Assembly (NCBI GenBank): GCA_043719295.1 | Contig: JAYSUD010000007.1 | Span: 891 to 64,890, forward strand | Direction of reading: 5' to 3' | DNA: 64,000 bases | Origin: a bacterium | Lineage (GTDB): Bacteria; Patescibacteriota; Minisyncoccia; Phycocordibacterales; UBA918 | Part shown: positions 29,445 through 39,533 of the stretch, one piece after another | Numbering within the stretch: the first letter of the stretch is position 1 | Layout: each line of letters opens with the position of its first letter | Notes under the pieces: model-generated | The model's input: the letters and a program-made list of their open reading frames with translations, nothing else | Told to the model about the DNA's origin: nothing | Databases searched by the model: none | Program-made: the position numbers and the translations under genes

Positions 29445-31196
29445 ATGGCTCTATTTAACAAAAACAGACGATTTTCTCTGGCACATACTTATTTTTCGTT
29501 TATAACGAGGCGCAAGATAAGTGACCGGCTTATTTTCAATGTTGTATTGTGTGTACTTTCTGTATCGGTACTTTTTGCGGTCCTTACAATCAATGCTCTT
29601 TACACACAGTCTGTCCCTACTTCAGGCGGAACTATAGTTGAAGGAATTGTTGGTACACCTCGTTTTGTAAACCCTGTGCTTGCAATCAATCGTGCAGATC
29701 ACGACATGGTGGCACTTATTTATAGTGGCCTTCTCAAACTTGATGAAAGCGGCAATCTTGTAAACGATGTTGCAGAATCAGTTACCGTTTCAGAAGACGG
29801 AAAAACGTACCAGGTAACATTGAGAAAAGGAGTATCGTTTCATAACGGGCAAGAATTAAAAGTTCGCGATTTTGCATACACTATTGCACTCATTCAAAAT
29901 CCAGATCTCAAAAGTCCTCTTCGAGGTAACTGGGATGGAGTTAAGATTGAGGAGCTTGGTGAATATGAAATGAACATTGTGCTTGAAGAAGCATATGCAC
30001 CATTTACTGAAAACCTCCTAACCGGCATCTTACCTCGAGAGTTATGGGACGAACTTCCTATCGAACAAGTGCCGTTTAGTCAGAACAATACGCAACCGAT
30101 TGGAACAGGACCATACATGGTTACCGATGTCCTTCGGAATAAATCGGGACTTATCAATGGGTACAAACTAAGTGCGTTTAGTGCCTCAAACAATAGACCC
30201 AATATTTCCACGCTCGTATTCAACTTCTATCAAAATGAAGATGAGCTCAAAAATGCTCTCGCAAAAAAAGAAATCGCAAGTACGCCAAGTCTTTCTCCAG
30301 AGTTCTTTTCTGAAGTGTCACAAGACACGTATCAAGTCATACAAAGTCCACTTCCTCGTACATTTGCAATTTACTTTAATCAAAACAAATCTGCAGCTTT
30401 GCGTGACGTAAGTGTCCGAAACGCACTTGCAACAGTCATTGATAAGGAGGCTTTAGTTGATACAGTGGTTAATGGGAGTGGTATACCCACAGACTCTCCT
30501 GTTCCCCCAGGGTTCCTTGCGGTACACTTTAACCAAGAAGAGGAAAATAAAGCTGAAAGCACCGTAGACAAACTCGTCATTGCACAAGCACTCCTTACTG
30601 AAGGAGGCTGGAGAAAAAACGAGCAAGGTATTTATGAGAAAGTTATTGATAGCAATAGAGTTACGTTATCAGTCTCGCTTTCAACTGCAAACACACCACT
30701 TTTTGATCAAACTGCGACGTACATAAGTACCGTATGGAAAGCACTTGGAGCCGAAGTCACTGTTTCACAATTTGAACAAACTGACCTCGTCCAAGCGGTT
30801 ATCAGACCAAGGGATTTCGAAGCATTATTATATGGTGCTGACATCGGACGACAAGTTGATCTGTATCCTTTCTGGCACTCATCGCAAAAAAATGATCCCG
30901 GACTTAACATCGCACAATATACCAACATTGATGTAGACGGATTACTTGAAAAGACGAGAATTGCACAAGAGCCAAATGAACGAAAAACTAGCATTGAGTC
31001 AGTAGAAACCATTATCGCGAAAGATATTCCGGCAGTATTTCTCTTTGTGCCTACTTTTGGCTATGTACTTGATAAAAGTGTTACGGTAACGCCCTTTACA
31101 AAGTTAAGTAAACCAAGTGAACGATTTGCAAATATTTCAGCATGGCACATGAAATCAAATAACGTATGGCCTATTTTTTCAAACACAACACAGTAA
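29445..31196 (+). CDS. ABC transporter peptide substrate-binding protein (family 5)
   Basis: LIYSGLL, SEDGKTY...LRKGV.FH.G, PIGTGPY, YPFWHSSQ. Confidence 0.88.
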   Translation: MALFNKNRRFSLAHTYFSFITRRKISDRLIFNVVLCVLSVSVLFAVLTINALYTQSVPTSGGTIVEGIVGTPRFVNPVLAINRADHDMVALIYSGLLKLDESGNLVNDVAESVTVSEDGKTYQVTLRKGVSFHNGQELKVRDFAYTIALIQNPDLKSPLRGNWDGVKIEELGEYEMNIVLEEAYAPFTENLLTGILPRELWDELPIEQVPFSQNNTQPIGTGPYMVTDVLRNKSGLINGYKLSAFSASNNRPNISTLVFNFYQNEDELKNALAKKEIASTPSLSPEFFSEVSQDTYQVIQSPLPRTFAIYFNQNKSAALRDVSVRNALATVIDKEALVDTVVNGSGIPTDSPVPPGFLAVHFNQEEENKAESTVDKLVIAQALLTEGGWRKNEQGIYEKVIDSNRVTLSVSLSTANTPLFDQTATYISTVWKALGAEVTVSQFEQTDLVQAVIRPRDFEALLYGADIGRQVDLYPFWHSSQKNDPGLNIAQYTNIDVDGLLEKTRIAQEPNERKTSIESVETIIAKDIPAVFLFVPTFGYVLDKSVTVTPFTKLSKPSERFANISAWHMKSNNVWPIFSNTTQ

Positions 31197-31271
31197 CGAA
31201 TATATATATACAACGCATTCAAATACGCATTAACAACTAAGAGCTACACGCTCATAATTAAAAATTACAAT

Positions 31272-33308
31272 ATGGAACAAAATAATCACAACGCACAAAC
31301 ACCGCGACCTACATCAGCTCCTTCACGAGGAACTACTCCCCACGCACCGCGACGACAGTACGCAGGCGCTTCACAACCATCAAGTCGGAGTACTTCATTT
31401 ACACGGCGTCCGTATGGAGCACAAACACCACGGCAAACAACGGGAGCCGCTCCTTCAACAAACCCTCACCAAAGAACTACCGGTGAGCGAACTTCACGAA
31501 CTACAGGTGCGCCGAAGCGAAGTCGTGGACGTAAAGATAACAACAGAGGACGAAAATCAATGACCAATCCTGCGTTAAAGCACCGGATGAACATCAAAGA
31601 TGAAAAAACACCAGTACTTGTAGAAGTAACCGACGAAGATACAGTTCGAGTAATCCCTATGTCGGGAGTTGAGCAAATTGGTCGGAACATGACCATTGTT
31701 GAAACAAAAGATGATATCCTCATCTTCGATATTGGATTCCAATTCATCTCACCTGAAAGTAACGCGCCAGGAGCTGACTATATTCTTCCAAACACCCAGT
31801 ATCTTGAAGAACGTCGCCATAAAATCAAAGGGCTTATTGTTACCCACGGTCACCTCGACCACATTGGAGGTATTCCGTTTGTTATGGAACGAATTGGTAA
31901 CCCACCAATTTACACACAATACCTAACGTCATTGATGATCCTCAAACGTCAAGAAGAATTCCCCCACATGGAACCAATAACAATGCACGTTATCAAAGAA
32001 GGTGATTCTTTTGTTGTAGGTAACACAAAAATTAAGTCTTTCCCTGTAACCCACTCTATTCCTGACGCAATGGGGATTTCTGTTGAAACAAAGCATGGAG
32101 ATATTGTTATTACCGGAGACATTAAACTTGTTCATGAGAATGGAGTTGTTGTCGTTGAAGAACGAGAAGCATGGGAAAAAGTAGGACAAAATAAAAACAT
32201 CATGCTGGTGTGTGATTCAACCAACGCCGATCAAAGTGGTTTCTCAGCACCTGAAGGAGTAGTATTCAAAAGTATTGAAGAAATCATTACTAACGCATCA
32301 GGCCGTTTGATTGTTGGTACCTTCTCCTCACAATTTGACCGCTTAACAAATATCATTAGAACCTGTGAGAAGCTCGGAAAAAAAGTTGTGCTTGAAGGGC
32401 GAAGCATGAAGAACAATATCGACATTGCAATAGTGGCAAAACTTTTAATTGTTGATCCCAAAGTGTTCATTAGTGCAAATGACATGCCAAATTATCCAAG
32501 TGATAGAATTGTTATCCTTACAACAGGAGCCCAAGGCGAAGAAAATGCAGCACTCATGCGTATGGCAACTGACAAACATAAATTTGTGACGCTAAGTGAG
32601 AGAGATACGCTAGTACTTTCCTCTTCAGTTATTCCAGGAAATGAAGTTGCAGTCCAAAAGCTTAAAGACAATATTTACCGTAAAAACGTTCGCGTGATTA
32701 ACTACAAGTCTGCAGCAGTGCACTCTTCAGGACACGGTAACGCCTCTGAGCTTGTATGGGTACATCAAACAGTAAAGCCAACATTCTTACTTCCTGTTCA
32801 TGGACACCACTACCACCTTAAGAGTCATATGTACGTTGCAATTGAAAATGGTTTCAAACGCGAAAACATTGTAGTACCTGATAACGGAACTATCATCGAT
32901 ATTAAAAACGGAACTGAACTTACTGTTCACAAAGACAAAGCACCAAATGAAATAGTGCTTGTTGATGGATTTACCGTTGGAACACGACAAGAAGTTGTGC
33001 TACGAGACCGTATTTCCCTTTCAGAACAAGGTATGTTTGTCATTATTGCGACCATCAATACAAAAACAGGAAAACTCCGAAAATCACCAGACATTATTTC
33101 TCGAGGATTTGTCTACTTACGAGAAAGCCAACAACTACTCTCAGAAGCACGTATTTTAATTAAGAAAACGGTAGAAAAAAACACAGAGCGAATGAACCCT
33201 ATTGACCTCGATATTGTCAAAGAAGAACTTTCTGATGTGGTAAGTTCGTTCTTAATGCAGAAGACGCAGAAGTCACCGATGGTTATTCCAGTGTTAATTG
33301 GGATTTAG
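31272..33308 (+). CDS. rnj: Ribonuclease J with long low-complexity N-terminal extension
   Basis: THGHLDHIGG, HSIPD, CDSTNA, HSSGH, PVHG. Confidence 0.95.
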   Translation: MEQNNHNAQTPRPTSAPSRGTTPHAPRRQYAGASQPSSRSTSFTRRPYGAQTPRQTTGAAPSTNPHQRTTGERTSRTTGAPKRSRGRKDNNRGRKSMTNPALKHRMNIKDEKTPVLVEVTDEDTVRVIPMSGVEQIGRNMTIVETKDDILIFDIGFQFISPESNAPGADYILPNTQYLEERRHKIKGLIVTHGHLDHIGGIPFVMERIGNPPIYTQYLTSLMILKRQEEFPHMEPITMHVIKEGDSFVVGNTKIKSFPVTHSIPDAMGISVETKHGDIVITGDIKLVHENGVVVVEEREAWEKVGQNKNIMLVCDSTNADQSGFSAPEGVVFKSIEEIITNASGRLIVGTFSSQFDRLTNIIRTCEKLGKKVVLEGRSMKNNIDIAIVAKLLIVDPKVFISANDMPNYPSDRIVILTTGAQGEENAALMRMATDKHKFVTLSERDTLVLSSSVIPGNEVAVQKLKDNIYRKNVRVINYKSAAVHSSGHGNASELVWVHQTVKPTFLLPVHGHHYHLKSHMYVAIENGFKRENIVVPDNGTIIDIKNGTELTVHKDKAPNEIVLVDGFTVGTRQEVVLRDRISLSEQGMFVIIATINTKTGKLRKSPDIISRGFVYLRESQQLLSEARILIKKTVEKNTERMNPIDLDIVKEELSDVVSSFLMQKTQKSPMVIPVLIGI

Positions 33309-33435
33309 TTTAAACTTCCAAATTCGGCGCATTTCTTCGTTGCCTCACTCATTTGCTCCCGCGCAGTAGAACTACTACAGCTTGGTCGCAAGCCTCGCTT
33401 GCGCCTCGAACTACATCCAAATTTGAAAGTTTAAA
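33309..33435 (-). repeat. Structured palindromic element E4 (minus orientation) right after rnj stop
   Basis: Reverse complement: TTTAAACTTTCAAATTTG..TTCGAGGC..CAACGAAGAAATGCGC-CGAATTTGGAAGTTTAAA. Confidence 0.88.
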
Positions 33436-33616
33436 AAACTTAATCTTTATACATAAATTAAAATACTATTGCTTAGCAATGGTATTTTTTGTAGGGAGGT
33501 TTGTAGTTTCGACAATTACTATAGACAAAACAAATTTATAGTTATATTGTTCGGGCAGCCTAAGCCAAGAGGCTTCAATAAGTTCTATAAACATAACCTG
33601 AAGAGGAGTAACCCTA

Positions 33617-34087
33617 ATGGCTCTCATCCACGTTATCCAAACTGGAGGTACCATCGACAAAGACTATTTGCCCACTGACGAAAATCATGGGTACAACTTT
33701 GTTATCGGTGAGTCTGCATATCATTCTATCAGTCGACGAGCTGGCATACCTTACACCGTGGCGTTCACCCGTGCCTGCCAGAAAGATAGTCTCGATATGG
33801 ACGACAACGACCGAGACACCATTAAACGAATCGTTTCAGCAACCCGTGAAGATAAAGTTATAATCTTGCACGGAACAGATACGATTCAAGTTACCGCCCA
33901 GCACTTGACTAACATCACAGGAAAGGTCATTGTGCTGACAGGCGCAATGAAGCCCGAGCGTTTTCGTGATTCGGATGCCGACTTCAACTTTGGTATGGCA
34001 ATCGGGGCTACACAATGCCTGATTCCAGGCATTTACATTGCTCTTTATGGTTTTGTCGAGCGCTGGGATAAGTTCTACCATCGTTGA
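33617..34087 (+). CDS. Asparaginase N-terminal domain protein (stand-alone, SD-led)
   Basis: IQTGGTID, KDSLDM, HGTDT, LTGAM.P. Confidence 0.88.
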   Translation: MALIHVIQTGGTIDKDYLPTDENHGYNFVIGESAYHSISRRAGIPYTVAFTRACQKDSLDMDDNDRDTIKRIVSATREDKVIILHGTDTIQVTAQHLTNITGKVIVLTGAMKPERFRDSDADFNFGMAIGATQCLIPGIYIALYGFVERWDKFYHR

Positions 34088-34260
34088 CGCCACCCTTGCA
34101 AAGAAATTGAAAGGTACCCTTTCGTTTCGGCGAAAGGGTAGTTTTCTTTTACCTCCCCACCCATAATTGTCGAACCAACCCCAGCTCGGCGCTCCAAAAC
34201 TTGACAATACATTAGAAATGTATGTATCATTTTTTAGTATAGTCACCTAGGAGAAATGCT

Positions 34261-34652
34261 ATGATTTCCATTTTGGAAAAAATGCTCGCATCCTCACGGG
34301 TGCGCATGTTGCTAGTCGGAGTTGTGAGCTTGATTGTTTCCAATAGTTCATTTCTCGCTCTTATCAGCATTGGAGTTCATTACCAAATTGCATCAATCGC
34401 TAATTTCCTAGTGTACCTTGGGGTGAACTTCACCCTTAACAAGAAATGGGCGTTCAAGAGTCAGGGCAACACTAAGAAGCAAGCTGTGGCGCACACGAGT
34501 CTCCACCTTAGCAATCAACTACTCATAATGGTTGGCTGTGGGTACTAGTCGAAAAGGCTGGGATACACCCCGCTTGGTCACAAGCAATAATGCAAATTGC
34601 AGTAACGGCAGTGGTGATCATCATCACCCCAATCATCTTCAGGGACAAATAA
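34261..34652 (+). pseudogene. GtrA-family membrane protein with a single-base frameshift
   Basis: VNFTLNKKWAF motif; the -1 frame from about 34536 reads LWVLVEKAGIHPAWSQAIMQIAVTAVVIIITPIIFRDK*, completing a 130-aa 4-TM protein. Confidence 0.75.
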
Positions 34653-34803
34653 CCGTTTTCCGAAAGCCGTTTGGAGAGCGGTTTTCTTATTCCCTATCTC
34701 AAACAAAATTGTCTAACTCCTTTAAGCTCGGCGCACATCAAAAAAAATCTTGTACAGGTATTTTAAGAAAATCTATTTACATATCCTGTATAATTGTTGC
34801 AGT

Positions 34804-36021
34804 ATGCCTCGAGCTATTCCTGATGCGTTGCGCATTTTTAAAACAAAAGAGAGCAAAAACTTAACTCTTTTATATATTGCGCTTATTTTGCTCTCACTCC
34901 ATTGGGCGATGGTTATTTATATAAACTCATCATTTCTTGGACATTTTCTTCAAGCAACAGCGGTGAGTATCGTCTATGCGTGCGGTGCATTACTATCGTT
35001 ACTATTGTTTTTCTACACACCATCGTTGTTACAAACACTCGGTAACTATAAAGTCACTGTCTTTTTTACAGTCCTTGAAATTTGTGCCGTTATTGGCATG
35101 GCGGTTTCAATAACGGCACCTTTTGCAATCTTCTTTTTTCTACTTCATTTTATTTTGGTGCCCTTATTACTCTTTAATCTCGATATTTTTATTGAGACTG
35201 TTATTGGAACAACGGAAAAAAAGACGGGGTCGGCTCGAGGTCTCTATCTCTGCCTCCTGAGCCTTGCTACCGCCGTAGGGCCACTTTTAACTGGACTTAC
35301 AAGCTCTCATGAACAAAATTCACTTGGAAGTGCATACCTTCTTTCATCATTATTCTTAATCCCCTTTCTATTTATTTTTGTACGATACTTTTCCTCATTT
35401 ACAGATCCGCTCTACAACACATTGTCACTACCTAAAATGACGTTACTCTTGAAAGGTGACAGGAGTATCAAAAGTATCATCACAATTGGCTTCTTACTTC
35501 AACTCTTTTTTACGTGGATGGTCATTTATACACCACTCTATCTTGTTCAAACGGGTGGTTTTTCTCTCTATGAAATTGGACTTATCATGTTTGTAGGTTT
35601 ATCTGCATACATACTCTTTGAATACCCTATTGGAATTATTTCTGATACATATATTGGCGAGAAGAAAATGATGGCGTTTGGTTTTTTACTTTTGGCACTT
35701 TCAACCTCTTGGCTTGCCTTTTTACCAAACGGACACATTGGTGTCTGGATGTTTGCAATGTTTATTACCCGCGTTGGTGCTTCATTTGTTGAAGCAACTT
35801 CAGAGTCATACTTTTTCAAACACGCAAACGGCAAAGACGCCGACTCCATAAGTGTATTTAGAATGACGCGCCCCCTATCTTCTCTTGTGGGTGCGCTACT
35901 TGGAAGTATTACACTTTTGTATCTGCCTTTTAACTTACTCTTTATTGTTCTCGCATTTCTGATGGTTCCCGGAATTTTCATAACACTTTTATTGAAAGAT
36001 AGTTCTCTCCAATCAGACTGA
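34804..36021 (+). CDS. MFS transporter
   Basis: About 12 TM, GIISDTYIGEKK loop motif. Confidence 0.85.
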   Translation: MPRAIPDALRIFKTKESKNLTLLYIALILLSLHWAMVIYINSSFLGHFLQATAVSIVYACGALLSLLLFFYTPSLLQTLGNYKVTVFFTVLEICAVIGMAVSITAPFAIFFFLLHFILVPLLLFNLDIFIETVIGTTEKKTGSARGLYLCLLSLATAVGPLLTGLTSSHEQNSLGSAYLLSSLFLIPFLFIFVRYFSSFTDPLYNTLSLPKMTLLLKGDRSIKSIITIGFLLQLFFTWMVIYTPLYLVQTGGFSLYEIGLIMFVGLSAYILFEYPIGIISDTYIGEKKMMAFGFLLLALSTSWLAFLPNGHIGVWMFAMFITRVGASFVEATSESYFFKHANGKDADSISVFRMTRPLSSLVGALLGSITLLYLPFNLLFIVLAFLMVPGIFITLLLKDSSLQSD

Positions 36022-36023
36022 AT

Positions 36024-36055
36024 CTAAAATACTCCAATCGATTGGAGTATTTTAG
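36024..36055. terminator. Bidirectional terminator between convergent genes
   Basis: CTAAAATACTCCAATCGATTGGAGTATTTTAG palindrome. Confidence 0.7.
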
Positions 36056-36867
36056 CCGGGCAGTTGATACTTGCTTTGTATCTTAACAATCATCCCTTCC
36101 TGAATAAGATTCTCTACTTGTGCATCAATTCTAATGTCTTCAAATGAAGAAAGTTCAGTATGCAGTGTTTTTCGTGTGCCTGGCTTCTTTGTTAGTAGTC
36201 GAATCACTGTGCCTCTGATTTGTCTATCACTTCCCTTAAAAGAAGATTGTTTAGTATAATGTTTACTCTTAGTATTTGGGTTTCCAAATTCTTTCTTGAT
36301 GTATGAACCATAGTCCATCAACGCGTAATACCATTCTCTTGGATTTTGATTGTCACAGGTTAGTACGATATATCGTACTAATTGCGCATCAGAAATTTCT
36401 GATTCGTCTTTGAAAAAATGATGTAAAAAGACCGCACGCACATTTGTTTCAATGAGCGCAACGGGTGTATTAAAAGCAAATGCTAACACCGCTTTAGCGG
36501 TATACGGTCCGATTCCAGGAAGTGTGCCCAGTGTTTCTTCTGTCTTTGGAAACACCCCCTTATGCAAAGCTACGATAACTTGAGCACAAGAAAGCAACAT
36601 TTTTGCACGCCTGTTATACCCAAGTCCTTGCCATAGTGTAAGCACATCAGCAAGTGATGCTTTAGAGAGTTTCTGTATAGTCGGATACTTTGCTAAAAAA
36701 GCCTCATATTTCGGTATCACTCTATCAACCTGTGTTTGTTGCAACATCATCTCAGAAACCAAAATGGCATACGGATCACGGGTTTGCCTCCATGGAAGTT
36801 GATGTCTCCCGTTCTCTTTATAAAACGTCAGAACTGTAGCTACAAACTTTTGTTCTCTTTTTGTCAT
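36052..36867 (-). CDS. mutY: A/G-specific adenine glycosylase, short form
   Basis: LPWR.TRDPY.ILVSE.MLQQTQV, WQGLGYN.RA, HhH LPGIGPYTA. Confidence 0.9.
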   Translation of the reverse strand: MTKREQKFVATVLTFYKENGRHQLPWRQTRDPYAILVSEMMLQQTQVDRVIPKYEAFLAKYPTIQKLSKASLADVLTLWQGLGYNRRAKMLLSCAQVIVALHKGVFPKTEETLGTLPGIGPYTAKAVLAFAFNTPVALIETNVRAVFLHHFFKDESEISDAQLVRYIVLTCDNQNPREWYYALMDYGSYIKKEFGNPNTKSKHYTKQSSFKGSDRQIRGTVIRLLTKKPGTRKTLHTELSSFEDIRIDAQVENLIQEGMIVKIQSKYQLPG

Positions 36868-38229
36868 TTAAAATAAAGTTTTTTCTTCTCCATACCTTGC
36901 AATATATTGTGCTACATCAAACTTTCGTTTGCAACCGTTATAGTTCATATAGCGTATCTTTCCAAAAACAGGGCGCTCATTCCAAGCTCTGTCATGTACC
37001 CCGCAAACCGACCACATAACGCCCACTACACCGTTTGGATCAGTACCATCAAGTTCGTATTTGTCATTAAGGTACAGTGCAATGTCAATTGCCTGTTGCA
37101 CGTCTTTAGTCCACTCTACAATCTTTTTAGCCCAGTACATACGCATAAATCCATGCATCTTCCCCTCTTTGACCATTTGTAACTGTGCGGCATTCCAAAG
37201 TGGGTCATGTGTTTTCGCTTCCTCTAACTCTTTTTTTGTATACAAAAATTCACGAACATCTGCTTTGTGTTCACCTATGCTTTTTTGTGCCCATGCATGA
37301 GCACCTATTACTTTGTCGTAGTTAGAATTATAAAAACAGAAATTATCAGCAAGTTCGCGACGGACTATGAGTTCCTCAAGATACGTGTCTTTACAATCTT
37401 TTTTTGCATCGGCATTTTGTATCTTAAGCGCTATAGATTGTGCACCTATTTGTCCAAAATGAAGATACGGTGAGAGGTGCGAAAGATGGTTTTCATTGGG
37501 GTCGTTTCGTTTACGTGGATACGCATCTAACTTGTTTTCAGTAAAGTCTTTAAGCATTTTCTTGGCGTTTGTTATACCAGGAGATAGCCAGCTAACAGGT
37601 ACCACAGTACGATTTGTATCTATGTCTTCGAGTACAGAGTTCCAATTTATTTTTTCAAACTTTTTAACTGGTTGTAGCTTTTGCGTTGCAACTTTTGGAA
37701 ACGCAGTTAAAAATTCAGGTAGAAGGCGGTGTACTTTAGGACGAAATGTATATGCAGCAAATTCCTCTTTAGGACTCGCTATCCAGCAAGGGATAATGTT
37801 GTGTGCATCAACTTCGCTAAACTGCACGGGTATTTTTTTGGCAACTTTCTCTCGCCATACATCAGTAAAGCGTAGTGGATTAAAATCAGTCACAAGGTGC
37901 CCAACAGAATGCTCTTCTATATACCTGGCGATTGTTTCATTGGGATTGCCTTGAAGGAGTATGAATGGAATGTTAAGTACATCTAGTTCTTTTTCAACCT
38001 CTTGTAACCCTCCAAACATAAAGTTGTAGTGACGGAGTGTAGTATTTCCAAAAACAGGGACAAGGTTAAATAACACAACTAAGGGTACATTAGCTTTTAT
38101 GGCACACTCTTGCGCGTACAATAGTGCCCAGTTGTCTTGCACTCGTTGATCACGTTGCATCCAGTACACTACAGGACCATCGCCAGCAGGCTGATCATTT
38201 CGAAGTCGAACTCGTCTAACGTCAATCAT
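36868..38229 (-). CDS. phr: Class II CPD DNA photolyase
   Basis: VVYWMQRDQRVQDNWAL, LSPYLHFGQ, MHGFMRMYWAKK, FGKIRYMN. Confidence 0.93.
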   Translation of the reverse strand: MIDVRRVRLRNDQPAGDGPVVYWMQRDQRVQDNWALLYAQECAIKANVPLVVLFNLVPVFGNTTLRHYNFMFGGLQEVEKELDVLNIPFILLQGNPNETIARYIEEHSVGHLVTDFNPLRFTDVWREKVAKKIPVQFSEVDAHNIIPCWIASPKEEFAAYTFRPKVHRLLPEFLTAFPKVATQKLQPVKKFEKINWNSVLEDIDTNRTVVPVSWLSPGITNAKKMLKDFTENKLDAYPRKRNDPNENHLSHLSPYLHFGQIGAQSIALKIQNADAKKDCKDTYLEELIVRRELADNFCFYNSNYDKVIGAHAWAQKSIGEHKADVREFLYTKKELEEAKTHDPLWNAAQLQMVKEGKMHGFMRMYWAKKIVEWTKDVQQAIDIALYLNDKYELDGTDPNGVVGVMWSVCGVHDRAWNERPVFGKIRYMNYNGCKRKFDVAQYIARYGEEKTLF

Positions 38230-38235
38230 ATTTCA

Positions 38236-38466
38236 CTATTTTACAGTGTCTGTTACGTCTTTATACTGAAATAAAGGGTTCTTTGGAATAATTATATATG
38301 CAATAAGATAGATAAGGAGCCCTGGCATGAAGCCAGTGATAATCAAAAAAACAACAAATCCAAATCTCCATAAAGTTGCATCTTGATTAAAATGTTCAGC
38401 AAATCCTGCAAGCACTCCCCCTGCAATACTGTCTTTTGTACTTCTGTATATTTTTTTTGGTTGCAT
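38236..38466 (-). CDS. PspC domain protein
   Basis: YRS..D..AGGVLAG.AEHF..D...R, YLIAYIIIP. Confidence 0.88.
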   Translation of the reverse strand: MQPKKIYRSTKDSIAGGVLAGFAEHFNQDATLWRFGFVVFLIITGFMPGLLIYLIAYIIIPKNPLFQYKDVTDTVK

Positions 38467-38479
38467 AGTTTTATTAGAT

Positions 38480-38601
38480 TAGACGTTCATAGGTGCCTTA
38501 GATACGCGAAGTACAAAGAAATTTTTTGGAGATGTGCAAGGGCACATTGACAAAAAATTTCTGTAGTACGACAAAGTAGCTAAGGTGCATATGAACGTCT
38601 A
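38480..38601 (+). repeat. Structured palindromic element E5; terminal CTA is the TAG stop of the HAD gene
   Basis: TAGACGTTCATA / TATGAACGTCTA; inner GTAC-AAAGAAATTTTTT...AAAAAATTTCT-GTA-GTAC matches the E1/E9 architecture. Confidence 0.85.
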
Positions 38602-39282
38602 CAGTTCGTAAATTACGTCCTTTCGCTCTACCACCACCTTCCAATCTCGCTTCTTTGCTTCATTAAATAGACCATTATTTGGATTAAAACAAATTGGAAT
38701 TGCAACTGACTTTAGTAGTTCAATATCTCCTTCTGTATCACCAACCCCAATTGAATCTTCCGTAGTCACATCTTCTTTTTCGAGTACTCGCGCAACAATG
38801 TTTGCTTTATTTTCAACAAGGTGCACATCAACCATGATTCCCGTAAACAAGTCTTGTGGGCCAATTTCATAAATCCTCCCATACACTTTGTTGAATCCAT
38901 AATCCTTGCAAAACTCATCTAAAATTGTTTTTGGAGATTGTGAAATTGCTACAAGGTAATAGTTGTCACGCTTGAGTGTTGCAATGAGGTCGCGGGTATA
39001 TCGATACACATAGTTACCTTGTTCTGATACAACCAGCTTCCCCACATCAGCAAGATCTCCATAGTGTATGCCTTTGATGTGAACGATGTATGATGCGACA
39101 ACGGCTTTAATATACGCGTCATAGGTTCCCTCTCTATTTCTCCATGCGTGATACTCTTTGACATACCCATCTTTAGCTTTTTTAGGAAAGATACCTTCTT
39201 TAATTAAAGCTTCCATAAGTTCAATTACTAAACTTGAACGAAACAGAGTTCCATCAATATCAAAGAAAGCGACTTTTTGCAT
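38599..39282 (-). CDS. HAD-IB family phosphatase
   Basis: AFFDIDGTL, GVGDTEGD, FNPN. Confidence 0.9.
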   Translation of the reverse strand: MQKVAFFDIDGTLFRSSLVIELMEALIKEGIFPKKAKDGYVKEYHAWRNREGTYDAYIKAVVASYIVHIKGIHYGDLADVGKLVVSEQGNYVYRYTRDLIATLKRDNYYLVAISQSPKTILDEFCKDYGFNKVYGRIYEIGPQDLFTGIMVDVHLVENKANIVARVLEKEDVTTEDSIGVGDTEGDIELLKSVAIPICFNPNNGLFNEAKKRDWKVVVERKDVIYEL

Positions 39283-39298
39283 GAGTCTATTTTATACT

Positions 39299-39507
39299 AA
39301 AAAAGGCCGAGGACAAACCTAGGCCTAACAATTAACAGAATGAATCTAGCTGCAAGGGCAAAAAACTAGTCTGCCCTTGCATAGAGCGAGAATAAAGGTC
39401 GCAATTCTACTCCCACCATGGATGGTGATAGCTTCAACCAAACTTCACCATAAGAACAAGAATCTCTTCTCTTGGAAGGAGTACCGAGAGGGAGAATGCA
39501 TTGCCCA
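39299..39507 (-). ncRNA. Candidate small structured RNA (about 210 nt)
   Basis: TATAGT at 39518-39513, several stems, terminator AGGCCTAGG-TTTGT-CCTCGGCCT-TTTTT; only ORFs of 21 codons or fewer found. Confidence 0.4.
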
Positions 39508-39533
39508 CATAGACTATACAGTGAAACAAATGC

